From a virus, in the IMG/VR virus record IMGVR_UViG_3300045988_092720: a stretch of DNA of 64,000 nt; one strand, written 5' to 3'. The notes under the pieces were generated by a model. It was not told the DNA's origin and made no database searches. It was given only the letters and a program-made list of their open reading frames with translations. A program made the position numbers and the translations under genes. Shown here piece by piece: positions 1 through 8,297 of this stretch (within the stretch, counting starts at the first letter, position 1; the number at the start of each line of letters is the position of its first letter).

Positions 1-154
1 AGAGCAATGCTATGTCTATTTATTGTGAGACACGAGCCTCATTTAGCATGTTTTATATCTAATAGAGGATATTATAGAACTCACCTCATAGCACCTTACG
101 GTATATTTTATAAAAAATATTCTAATTTATTACATCCCGTGGAGGTGGTAAAAC

Positions 155-331
155 ATGATTGATACAAGAAAAGTAGCATACACAAGACATATATACGCAC
201 ATCATTATCTTCAACAGCCTCGCAAAATATGGCACTTTAATATATACGATAATCCTGCATTTATAATTAAGGACTTGTTTTACAGGCAATATAGAATTGG
301 CTTAATTACCTATGCTGGATATGTTAAATAA
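155..331 (+). CDS. hypothetical small early protein (58 aa)
   Basis: ATG at 155 preceded by GGAGGTGG RBS; the intact ORF ends with TAA at 329-331; it is <60 aa so not in the ORF track. Confidence 0.4.
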   Translation: MIDTRKVAYTRHIYAHHYLQQPRKIWHFNIYDNPAFIIKDLFYRQYRIGLITYAGYVK

Positions 332-342
332 GGAGGTAATGT

Positions 343-516
343 ATGATATATAAAGAATTTGCATGTGATACGAAAACTACCAGATATGATAGGTATATTG
401 GAAATAGTGTATGTATTGCTAAACAAATGCAATTTGGACGAGCTTCTTTTAAAAACTTTTTTATATATCAATATTTAGGTGTATCTTTTTATGAAGTAGA
501 GGTGATTATGTGGTAA
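343..516 (+). CDS. hypothetical small early protein (57 aa)
   Basis: ATG at 343 preceded by AAGGAGGT RBS; intact ORF to TAA at 514-516. Confidence 0.4.
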   Translation: MIYKEFACDTKTTRYDRYIGNSVCIAKQMQFGRASFKNFFIYQYLGVSFYEVEVIMW

Positions 517-697
517 ATAGACATAAATTAATGCATATAAAATTTTATAGGACAGTTAAGACATGTGGACATACAGATATAGCACATAACGATACTGCTA
601 ATCTCGTTGCCCATGTTGTATATGACCATCAATATCAACATAGTAAAAATTGTTGGATATATAAGGTGACAAAATAATAAATAAACATAATTGCGAA

Positions 698-838
698 ATG
701 ATATATCTGAGTACTGAATTAGTAAGATTTCTAGGTCCACAATATCTTGATGAAGATAATGCTATTATCAGTCTAATAGAAGCATTTCGATATGCATATG
801 GGAAACTGCCACATGTAAAAGTAGTGGAGGTAAAATGA
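698..838 (+). CDS. hypothetical small protein (46 aa)
   Basis: ORF whose stop overlaps the next start (ATGA at 835-838); weak RBS. Confidence 0.3.
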   Translation: MIYLSTELVRFLGPQYLDEDNAIISLIEAFRYAYGKLPHVKVVEVK

Positions 839-999
839 TAAAACGAGAGCAATGCAAAATGATTTTTCTTCGGAATGAGGAATGGGCTGAAAAGACCTAT
901 TTAGGTAATTGCAACAACAAAATATATCTTAATACGGTAACAATTTTCCAGTTATTATACCAACGAAGTGGTTGTATAAGAACATGGGGTGTTTTATGA
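835..999 (+). CDS. hypothetical small protein (54 aa)
   Basis: GGAGGT RBS 8 nt upstream of ATG 835; stop overlaps the next start (ATGA 996-999). Confidence 0.4.
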   Translation: MIKREQCKMIFLRNEEWAEKTYLGNCNNKIYLNTVTIFQLLYQRSGCIRTWGVL

Positions 1000-1160
1000 T
1001 AAACAAAAAACTATGCCGAGTCAAATATATTGACGTTGATACTTATAGACCTCGTGATAGAGTTTATTTAAATATCAACAAAGCCAGCCTTGATATGCGA
1101 GAAGCATACAAATATATTTATAAACAATCAAATTCGATTGTAATTTTGGAGGTACGATGA
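996..1160 (+). CDS. hypothetical small protein (54 aa)
   Basis: Same frame as track ORF 972..1160; ATG 996 overlaps the upstream stop and looks translationally coupled. Confidence 0.4.
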   Translation: MINKKLCRVKYIDVDTYRPRDRVYLNINKASLDMREAYKYIYKQSNSIVILEVR

Positions 1161-1324
1161 TAGAACCTAAAGACACGATTGCATTTATGTATTTACACTG
1201 GATACGTACTCATGAGGGTGTTCTTGTATTGGAACGAAAATGGAAACAAAATCAAGCTAGAATAGCATACGGCTTCATGTATGAAAAGTCACCCATCCCT
1301 ATTGTTTATATTCGTAATTTATAA
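1157..1324 (+). CDS. hypothetical small protein (55 aa)
   Basis: GGAGGT RBS; ATGA overlap with the upstream gene. Confidence 0.4.
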   Translation: MIEPKDTIAFMYLHWIRTHEGVLVLERKWKQNQARIAYGFMYEKSPIPIVYIRNL

Positions 1325-1344
1325 TAAGTTAGAAAGTAGGTATT

Positions 1345-1650
1345 ATGCAACGAAAATGTCATAGTTGTAACCACTTATTTGAGGTTACAAATAATGAAAC
1401 ATTATGCGAATGCTGTCGCAACCCAACAACACGTAGAACTTTTGAACAACCGAAAGATGAATTAACGTGGCGACAGAAATTCGATTTAAAATGGGAACAA
1501 TATGATAAAGAACATGGTGATACTGAAACAGGTAGAAAAGTATCTAAATCAGCAACTCATTGCTGTGTTTGTGGTATTAGACTACCACCAGTACAAGAAC
1601 GTGTTTATGGTAGATTTTGTAGTAGTAAATGTAAAAGGAGTGCACAATGA
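1345..1650 (+). CDS. Cys-rich zinc-finger-like small protein (101 aa)
   Basis: Several Cys pairs (CHSCNH, CECC, CCVC, CSSKC); AGTAGG RBS. Confidence 0.5.
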   Translation: MQRKCHSCNHLFEVTNNETLCECCRNPTTRRTFEQPKDELTWRQKFDLKWEQYDKEHGDTETGRKVSKSATHCCVCGIRLPPVQERVYGRFCSSKCKRSAQ

Positions 1651-2012
1651 AATGTAAAATCAATCATAAATTTGATGGTACGATTAATGGTGTCCACTTC
1701 GACAACGAAATCTTATATTATGGTGTTCAATACATTTTAGATGAATTTGAAATGCACTTTGATGTAGATGTTCCATATACATTAGTCGAAGATTTTAAAA
1801 ATGCTCTTAGTAGAATATACGAAGATGCTGACCAAGTTACGATTGGAGAACTCGAATGGGAAATTATTTCCTCGTTTAGAGAGGCTATGTCTGTCAATAA
1901 TATGAAATTTGATATATGGGGATATGGCAATGACCAGCAATTTGCCAAAATCAATAAAAAGTTATCCAATTGGGATAAAACTTATGCCAAAGATAATATA
2001 ATTAAAATGTAA
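1647..2012 (+). CDS. hypothetical protein (121 aa)
   Basis: ATGA overlap with the upstream gene; AAAGGAG RBS. Confidence 0.5.
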   Translation: MKCKINHKFDGTINGVHFDNEILYYGVQYILDEFEMHFDVDVPYTLVEDFKNALSRIYEDADQVTIGELEWEIISSFREAMSVNNMKFDIWGYGNDQQFAKINKKLSNWDKTYAKDNIIKM

Positions 2013-2025
2013 AGGAGAACACAAA

Positions 2026-2268
2026 ATGGCAAAAGAATTCAAAGCAACAATTACAGTAAGCAAAGATGACATTCAATACGAATTTGAAAATGGAACATTA
2101 CAAGATATGTACACAATTGCTTGTTATGTAACAGCACGTTATATGTTACAAGGCTTGGCAATGGGCATGACTAAAGAAGAAATGAAGAAACAATTAGAAA
2201 AATTACCTATTTATGCTGCACAAGCTGGTCTTAAATTGAAACAGGAGGATGAAGAAAATGGCAAATAA
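2026..2268 (+). CDS. hypothetical protein (80 aa), paralog of the next gene
   Basis: AAAGGAGAA RBS; C-terminal EKLPIYAAQAGL matches DKLPLAAAMVGL in the next gene. Confidence 0.5.
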   Translation: MAKEFKATITVSKDDIQYEFENGTLQDMYTIACYVTARYMLQGLAMGMTKEEMKKQLEKLPIYAAQAGLKLKQEDEENGK

Positions 2269-2548
2269 ATTTGACGCAATGGAATTAATCAAAAATATTG
2301 ACGCATCTAAACTAAAAGGTGAAATTGAAGCAACATTCAAAGATGGTACTGCACAGGTTGATGTTAAGAATTGCACTGTACAAGAATTAATTTTATTCGC
2401 TATTGCAGTAGATTTACGTTTGTTGGAAGCATTTGCCGAAGCAGAAGTACCACCTGAACATGCAAAAGAAATCTTTGATAAATTACCATTAGCAGCTGCT
2501 ATGGTTGGTCTTGATAAGACAATGAAAGCAATGATGGAACGCATTTAA
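2249..2548 (+). CDS. hypothetical protein (99 aa), paralog of the previous gene
   Basis: CAGGAGG RBS; shared helical pattern with 2026..2268. Confidence 0.5.
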   Translation: MKKMANKFDAMELIKNIDASKLKGEIEATFKDGTAQVDVKNCTVQELILFAIAVDLRLLEAFAEAEVPPEHAKEIFDKLPLAAAMVGLDKTMKAMMERI

Positions 2549-2555
2549 ACAAAAA

Positions 2556-2581
2556 GAGCCCCTTAACTGGGGCTTTTTTTA
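2556..2581. terminator. bidirectional intrinsic terminator between converging operons
   Basis: GAGCCCC-ttaact-GGGGCT hairpin flanked by A5 on the left and T7 on the right. Confidence 0.6.
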
Positions 2582-2590
2582 TGTCCATTT

Positions 2591-3112
2591 TTAACTATTA
2601 TTGTCTAGCTCTTTAATACGATTAAAACGTGCCAACATATCTTGTGTAACACGAGCTTCAACAGTAGTAAATCTGGTTTCGTTTACTGTTTTTTGTTCTG
2701 GTGCAAAGCCAGCTCTGTCTAATAAATCCTTAGTAGCTTGGAATTTAACTTGGTCAGAACGTGCATTTAATGCTAGATGATACATTTGGTCTGCCATTTC
2801 TTCTGCACGTTGTACAAATTTATTCTGTACTGTTTGTTTAGCTTTTTCTAAAGCAATTTCCATTGTATCAGTATGCTCAAGCAATTTAGTTGGATAATTA
2901 GGAGAATAACCTGCCGCCTCTTTTGCCTTTTGAGTGCTACCAGTTTCTGCCTTTACCATGGCGTATAATTCTTGTTGTGCACTAGGCTTCGGCTTCTTCT
3001 TGTATTCCGAGGGTCTTGGCTTTTTCACACGCTCTTCTATATTCTTCCTCTGTTTTATATCCATGTTCATACCCCCATTTATAATAACGAATTCGACCTT
3101 TTGCCTTTTCAA
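2591..3112 (-). CDS. hypothetical basic protein
   Basis: Track start is a TTG; ATG at 3070 (MNMDIK, GGGGT RBS) would give 159 aa; overlaps the upstream ORF 2982..3398. Confidence 0.4.
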   Translation of the reverse strand: MKRQKVEFVIINGGMNMDIKQRKNIEERVKKPRPSEYKKKPKPSAQQELYAMVKAETGSTQKAKEAAGYSPNYPTKLLEHTDTMEIALEKAKQTVQNKFVQRAEEMADQMYHLALNARSDQVKFQATKDLLDRAGFAPEQKTVNETRFTTVEARVTQDMLARFNRIKELDNNS

Positions 3113-3398
3113 TCTTATCTTGTTCTAATAGCTTTTCTGGTATTTCATCATCTACATTTAAGCCTAACAAATATTCAGGTGGAAATGCAGATAGAATACC
3201 CATTTTATCTTTCGTAACAATCAGACTGCGACACTTTCTACGTTTAGTGGCATCAAGTTTTATTAAACCATCTTTTTTCATCGCAATGACTAGGCGTTTG
3301 TATCGTTGTTCTGTGCTATCTAGGATATAATCAATACTATCAAGTGGTACATACGTTTTAAAACCTACGTTAATATAGGCTGTATTTAATAAACTCAT
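2982..3398 (-). CDS. hypothetical protein (138 aa)
   Basis: GAGGGGG RBS before ATG 3398. Confidence 0.45.
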   Translation of the reverse strand: MSLLNTAYINVGFKTYVPLDSIDYILDSTEQRYKRLVIAMKKDGLIKLDATKRRKCRSLIVTKDKMGILSAFPPEYLLGLNVDDEIPEKLLEQDKIEKAKGRIRYYKWGYEHGYKTEEEYRRACEKAKTLGIQEEAEA

Positions 3399-4201
3399 AG
3401 TGTGTACCCCCTCTCAATTAAAGAGTGTAATTGGTGGTCTAAATAAGGAATTACTTGCCGTTGATGTTCATTCCCACTCATTTCAGCAATATAAAAGCCA
3501 CCAATAGTAGGTCTGATACCACTTGCTTTACAGTAATCAGGATACACTTGGAATGAACCTTGATGTAATTCCCAAATTTCTTTAGCCACTGGTTTTTTAA
3601 CGTATTTATTATGCTCAATAACTAATTTAGGAACTGCATATGGTTCGTGAAAATGTTCATACCATGTTACATCAGCATTAAAATAATCATAATGATTTTT
3701 AGCCTTTTTATGTTTATGTAAGATATGATGAACGTAGCAATTTTTATTCACATTAAAATACACAACACCAAATTCACCTTTGTAGAGACTTCTATCTCCA
3801 AGTAAACTTGCAATCATCATTTCAACATTAATAAATGCATCATTATACGCACGTGCACCATGATTACCAGCGGTAATACCAATAAGCTGACCGCTTTCAT
3901 ATAATGGCTTCAAGTCATCTACAATAGCGTATACTTGTTCATCACCACTAGCCCATTCTTCCAATACATTACCTTTAGAATTACGAGTAGTAGTATTGGT
4001 ACTATCACCACCAAGGATAACTTTACAATTCGGACCTAGGTGCAATAGCATATCAACTGCTTCTTGTAATTGTCTACGATTATTTAAGCCCTCATGCACG
4101 TCAGATAATACAGCCAATGCTGCTTTATCGCCATCTACACGTACTTGCATAATATGCTTTTCATAACTATCGTTTAGACTTTTTATTTTTCTTGCTAACA
4201 C
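3395..4201 (-). CDS. calcineurin-like metallophosphoesterase
   Basis: LSDVHEG, ILGGDSTN and TAGNHG motifs match phosphoesterase motifs I-III. Confidence 0.6.
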   Translation of the reverse strand: MLARKIKSLNDSYEKHIMQVRVDGDKAALAVLSDVHEGLNNRRQLQEAVDMLLHLGPNCKVILGGDSTNTTTRNSKGNVLEEWASGDEQVYAIVDDLKPLYESGQLIGITAGNHGARAYNDAFINVEMMIASLLGDRSLYKGEFGVVYFNVNKNCYVHHILHKHKKAKNHYDYFNADVTWYEHFHEPYAVPKLVIEHNKYVKKPVAKEIWELHQGSFQVYPDYCKASGIRPTIGGFYIAEMSGNEHQRQVIPYLDHQLHSLIERGYTL

Positions 4202-4700
4202 GCTTAATATACTCCTTTACATCATCATCAATCGTGGCATCTTGTTCGACATACATACAAATAAATGTACGCAATTTCTTTAACAAGGTGTGTATTCTTT
4301 GTCTAATCGGTCTTAATTTAGTTCCATTATGATTGGGTGGTTCTTGATAATTTTTCTTTTGTAATTTCTTTTGACAGAATACAACCCACGCCTCTGCATC
4401 ACACGTCATAGCATATGCGTGTACGGCTTGAATAATTTTATTTACTGATTGTTGGTAAGATAATTTACTAATATGTTCGTACGGGTCGATTACTTCTTTA
4501 CGTTCTTTATTTTTTAAATATTGACCAGTTTTATAAAACCATTTTTTGTCTCTCATATATGCCGTAGCATCTGCCCAACTCTCACGTTTACGCATTAATT
4601 TACATATAGTATTAATTCCATGTTCTACTGTATCGGCATTCTTCATTATCTCCTCGTACCATTGGTCGTAGTCTTTAGCCATTTGTAGAACCGATACCAC
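4167..4700 (-). CDS. hypothetical protein (177 aa)
   Basis: ORF in the operon; no recognisable motif. Confidence 0.4.
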   Translation of the reverse strand: MVSVLQMAKDYDQWYEEIMKNADTVEHGINTICKLMRKRESWADATAYMRDKKWFYKTGQYLKNKERKEVIDPYEHISKLSYQQSVNKIIQAVHAYAMTCDAEAWVVFCQKKLQKKNYQEPPNHNGTKLRPIRQRIHTLLKKLRTFICMYVEQDATIDDDVKEYIKRVSKKNKKSKR

Positions 4701-5106
4701 CTTTACGTTCTTTTACTACTGTTTCACCAGTACATAAATAATTTACAAACACGCCTTGTGCAACATTATCACCATTATTAACAGTAATAGCTTCATCTGT
4801 ATTATTATGCAACGCCAACATAATATGTCCTTCGTTATCTTCGTTATCAACATAGTCAGCGTCAATTACAGCTGTGCCATTGGCAAGTGTAATGCCACGT
4901 TTAATACCTATTGATGAACGCACAAAAATTAATAATACTTCATTATCTTCCATGTATACCTTAATCCCTGTATTAAAGATTTTGGTAGTATGAGGTGGGA
5001 TTATCCCACCCTCAACTACTGCGAAATCATAACCAGCAGAATATTTTGTTTTCCTTTCTGGTAAGATACCGTTAGGAATATAAGATACTCTTTGAAATAA
5101 TCTCAT
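4675..5106 (-). CDS. dut: dUTP diphosphatase (dUTPase)
   Basis: AGYDF and RSSIGIKRGITLANGTAVIDADY match dUTPase motifs. Confidence 0.65.
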   Translation of the reverse strand: MRLFQRVSYIPNGILPERKTKYSAGYDFAVVEGGIIPPHTTKIFNTGIKVYMEDNEVLLIFVRSSIGIKRGITLANGTAVIDADYVDNEDNEGHIMLALHNNTDEAITVNNGDNVAQGVFVNYLCTGETVVKERKGGIGSTNG

Positions 5107-5114
5107 ATTTTCTC

Positions 5115-5405
5115 CTATTTATTTACATTTACTTCTGTTACATAATGTTTTCTGCCATCTTTTTCGTAGCTACGTGTTGTTAGGCGACCCTCTACATTAA
5201 CAGGTTCATCAACCATTGCACTAATATATTGGTCTGCATATTCATTCCACGCAACACAATTTACGTAAGAGGTAAGTTCTTTTGGTGTGCCATTTACATC
5301 TACTGTATCTGTACATTTTACTGTGAAATTGCATACTTTACCATTACCTACTTCTCTTACTTGTGGTTCACGAGCCATAACGCCTTCAAGAATTACTTTG
5401 TTCAT
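5115..5405 (-). CDS. single-stranded DNA-binding protein-like (short OB-fold)
   Basis: MNKVILEGVMAREPQVREV...VAWNEYADQ...VEGRLTTRSYEKDG resembles an SSB OB-fold core. Confidence 0.4.
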   Translation of the reverse strand: MNKVILEGVMAREPQVREVGNGKVCNFTVKCTDTVDVNGTPKELTSYVNCVAWNEYADQYISAMVDEPVNVEGRLTTRSYEKDGRKHYVTEVNVNK

Positions 5406-5416
5406 GTTGTTACTCC

Positions 5417-5761
5417 TTAATTAATATAAACTATGGCATTTTGTCTGCCGAATTCGATAGCCTCATCATAGCTATCCATAAAAATATCAATGACACCATA
5501 GATGCCATCTGCCATTCTGTCTGCTACGACATATGGCTGACCATAAATATATACAGTCGTTCCTAAAGGGTAGTCGTTAGATGCTACTGCACCAACATAT
5601 GGATATTGTCCATTTGCCATAGGACTACCCGTGTGTGTATAACCAGTCAATTCTACATTAACTGGATAAGCGAATGTCAAGAGCGGTGTTAATACCGCTA
5701 ATACTGTGAGAATAAATAATCTTACCTGTTTAATAAAATCATCCTTTCTAAAACTTCTCAA
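5417..5761 (-). CDS. secreted 3D-domain (MltA/YocH-like) protein
   Basis: N-terminal signal/TM segment, then TGYTHTGSPMANG...VAS...GTTVYIYG...VVADRMADGIYGVIDIF matching the 3D domain. Confidence 0.5.
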   Translation of the reverse strand: MRSFRKDDFIKQVRLFILTVLAVLTPLLTFAYPVNVELTGYTHTGSPMANGQYPYVGAVASNDYPLGTTVYIYGQPYVVADRMADGIYGVIDIFMDSYDEAIEFGRQNAIVYIN

Positions 5762-5993
5762 CGATAAGACGAAGTAATTCTCGACAAGCGTCTGACTTGG
5801 CTTCGTAATACCTCATGTTAATATCATCATGAATTTGAGCGTAATAATCTCTTTTATCTTGATAAATACGTAATTCAGCCTCAATTATGTTGGTAAATAC
5901 AGATGGGCTGTATTTCATAATTGGTGCGTTAGCTGTGTTATAAACACTTGTTTCTGCACTCATATTGTAGCCATACTCCTTTTGAGAATTCAT
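5748..5993 (-). CDS. hypothetical protein
   Basis: ORF; start uncertain; overlaps the upstream gene. Confidence 0.3.
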   Translation of the reverse strand: MNSQKEYGYNMSAETSVYNTANAPIMKYSPSVFTNIIEAELRIYQDKRDYYAQIHDDINMRYYEAKSDACRELLRLIVEKF

Positions 5994-6399
5994 ATCTTTT
6001 CATTTCTTGCATTAAACCATTAATGATTTGAATAAATTTTACTACTGTTATATCTTCTTCTAGTTTACCATTTATATAGTCAAATGTCAACCCAATTACT
6101 GACGGTGGAACATCAAACACTGATACAACTTCACTTCCTGTTTCACTATCTGTAATAAATGCAATTTTATCTCCTTGTCTTACAAGGAAACGACCTTTTA
6201 AGCCATCCATAATAGCTTCGTCATCTAATACATCAACAGTATGATACATTTGTAAAAGTGCATCTAAATCATCACGACATTGATTTAATAAGTATTCTAC
6301 TTCCATAAAATCATCATGTAAAGTCGCAACATTATTAATCTCTTTCATACGACTATTAAGTATTGTCATCTTATTCCGTAATTTTATCAGTGTATTCAT
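5938..6399 (-). CDS. hypothetical protein (153 aa)
   Basis: ORF in the operon. Confidence 0.45.
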   Translation of the reverse strand: MNTLIKLRNKMTILNSRMKEINNVATLHDDFMEVEYLLNQCRDDLDALLQMYHTVDVLDDEAIMDGLKGRFLVRQGDKIAFITDSETGSEVVSVFDVPPSVIGLTFDYINGKLEEDITVVKFIQIINGLMQEMKRYEFSKGVWLQYECRNKCL

Positions 6400-6664
6400 T
6401 AAGATACTTCACCTCAATTCTGTTTTTAGGTTTATTAATGAAGTATGGTACATATCCATTACCAACACAAATTTGCAATGTATTCCAATCAACCGCACGC
6501 ACTTCAATTTTGAGCGTTTCTCCATGAAGTTCATCTAATGTATAATCAGATGGATTGCGGATGCCTGTAGTTAATATAAAACCAGCTCTACCTGTTTGGT
6601 CAACATGCACTGTTCCATATACCCATTCTCTGTTTTTATCTAATGCTCTAAATAGTGATTTCAT
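6371..6664 (-). CDS. hypothetical protein (97 aa)
   Basis: ORF in the operon. Confidence 0.4.
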   Translation of the reverse strand: MKSLFRALDKNREWVYGTVHVDQTGRAGFILTTGIRNPSDYTLDELHGETLKIEVRAVDWNTLQICVGNGYVPYFINKPKNRIEVKYLNEYTDKITE

Positions 6665-6665
6665 T

Positions 6666-7067
6666 TTATTTTACCTTGTTAATACCGTCTACAATAATAT
6701 TGATATAATCTTGCAAATTAGTTTTAATTACTTCGTTAGCACCATGTAAATTGTCAGGTGTAACATAGCTAGAAATAAGCATTGCTGTAGCGACCTGTTT
6801 ACTAGGAATTAATGCACCTAATATACCTGCGATAACACCACATATTAAACTATATTTTCCCACTTTTATACATTTTCTCATGGTATTGTTTGTGCTATCG
6901 CTATCACTCCATACATCGGTTGCAGCTGCTAAATATATTGACGCTGATATTAATGTAATTGTTGCAGAAGTAATAGCAAATAGATTTAACAACCATTGAA
7001 CATTGGCTGAAATTTCAATTAAATATATAAACAATGGGCTAATTATCGGTTCCATTATTGCCTCCAA
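6666..7067 (-). CDS. membrane protein (133 aa)
   Basis: Multiple hydrophobic helices. Confidence 0.45.
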   Translation of the reverse strand: MEAIMEPIISPLFIYLIEISANVQWLLNLFAITSATITLISASIYLAAATDVWSDSDSTNNTMRKCIKVGKYSLICGVIAGILGALIPSKQVATAMLISSYVTPDNLHGANEVIKTNLQDYINIIVDGINKVK

Positions 7068-7293
7068 ATTCTGCGATTACTGCGATAAGGATTGGTAAAA
7101 TTAAAATACTTAAGCCACTAGCAATAGTTCCAACAAATAGCCATACAACTGTCATGCCAGTGATACCAAACAATCCTAATAGCCAACATGCTGCACCAAC
7201 AACAGTTAAAACAGATAATAATTTAGTTAAAAGAGCACATACTACTGTGAGTAGTGATAGAATAGTTACGATGATAATAATTAATGTATTCAT
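7039..7293 (-). CDS. small membrane protein (84 aa)
   Basis: Two or three hydrophobic helices. Confidence 0.4.
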   Translation of the reverse strand: MNTLIIIIVTILSLLTVVCALLTKLLSVLTVVGAACWLLGLFGITGMTVVWLFVGTIASGLSILILPILIAVIAEFGGNNGTDN

Positions 7294-7976
7294 TGTAGTT
7301 CCTTTCTTACAGGTGTCTTAGGTTGTTTTTTATGAGATGTGAAATCACATGATGTTTCTTTACAACCCTCACACATACCTAAAATTTCTAATGTAAATAA
7401 ATCTGGATATGCCTTGTTTAATTGTTTGTAAATTTCACGAGCAATTGCTTGATGCTCACGAGAAGCACGTTTACATAATCGTTTAGGCAAATATTCCAAC
7501 CACGCTCTAAGATTGCCAGTAACTGTCATGGTAACATTTGTAGCTAATGGTAATACATAAGCGGCAATTTGGTATGGAACGCCATCTTCAACTAATTGTT
7601 GGTATTTTTTAATCTGTTCTTCAATAGTACTATTAATATGTTCAGCGATTAGTGTTTTATTAACAACTCCAGTCCAATCATGTTCATGAGAGTCAAAATA
7701 ACCGCCATCACTGAAATCTGTACCACGTGTAGACTTTACTGTAAAAGATAATTGTCTATGACGTGTAATTTGTGCTAAACATTTTTGGCTCATTTCGATA
7801 TCAAATGTAGCATATCCATGTTCTAATAAAGATAAATGACCAGCTTTGCACGCATTAATTAAAGACTTCTCTGTGGTATTAAAACCATAGCACTTGCTCA
7901 TAGCATGTACTGGTAATTCTAACACAGTATTTGCTATTAATTCTACTTTCATTATTTCACCTCGTATTTTATCCAT
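7290..7976 (-). CDS. thyX: flavin-dependent thymidylate synthase ThyX
   Basis: ThyX signature RHRQLSFTVKSTR (RHR-X7-S...S.R). Confidence 0.7.
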   Translation of the reverse strand: MDKIRGEIMKVELIANTVLELPVHAMSKCYGFNTTEKSLINACKAGHLSLLEHGYATFDIEMSQKCLAQITRHRQLSFTVKSTRGTDFSDGGYFDSHEHDWTGVVNKTLIAEHINSTIEEQIKKYQQLVEDGVPYQIAAYVLPLATNVTMTVTGNLRAWLEYLPKRLCKRASREHQAIAREIYKQLNKAYPDLFTLEILGMCEGCKETSCDFTSHKKQPKTPVRKELQ

Positions 7977-8233
7977 TGTCCGTTTAAATTAAATTCCAAT
8001 GTACTCCAATCAATTTCAACTGTACCAACATCCCAATTGTCATAATACTCATCATCTGCGTACCCATCTTCATCAAATACTACTTCCCATCTTTCAGAGA
8101 ATTCGATATCAGTTATGAAAAAATGAGTATTTTCTTGGTTTTCTGCCCAATATTCTGGTATAGATTTACCATAGACAACCGAACCGTATACTAAGTTACC
8201 ATCTTCGTCTTTTGCTCGGAATAAATGTTTCAT
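7952..8233 (-). CDS. hypothetical protein (93 aa)
   Basis: ATG 8233 with AGGAGGG RBS directly downstream of a promoter; track ORF 7952..8350 runs upstream through the promoter and the RNR stop codon. Confidence 0.45.
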   Translation of the reverse strand: MKHLFRAKDEDGNLVYGSVVYGKSIPEYWAENQENTHFFITDIEFSERWEVVFDEDGYADDEYYDNWDVGTVEIDWSTLEFNLNGQWIKYEVK

Positions 8234-8254
8234 GTACCGCCCTCCTATGCATTC

Positions 8255-8283
8255 ATTGTAGCAAAAGGAGAGGGGGCTGTCAA
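8255..8283 (-). promoter_or_regulatory. sigma70-like promoter TTGACAGC-17-TACAAT, -35 in the loop of a 7-bp GC hairpin
   Basis: Minus-sense gagggggTTGACAgccccctctccttttgcTACAAT; hairpin GAGGGGG/CCCCCTC at 8270-8290. Confidence 0.55.
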
Positions 8284-8297
8284 CCCCCTCGCTGACA

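Noticed and set aside
528-852. 70-aa and 84-aa minus-strand ORFs near the left end
   Set aside because: Low-complexity, overlapping each other, antisense to a region of + strand micro-genes, and no RBS.
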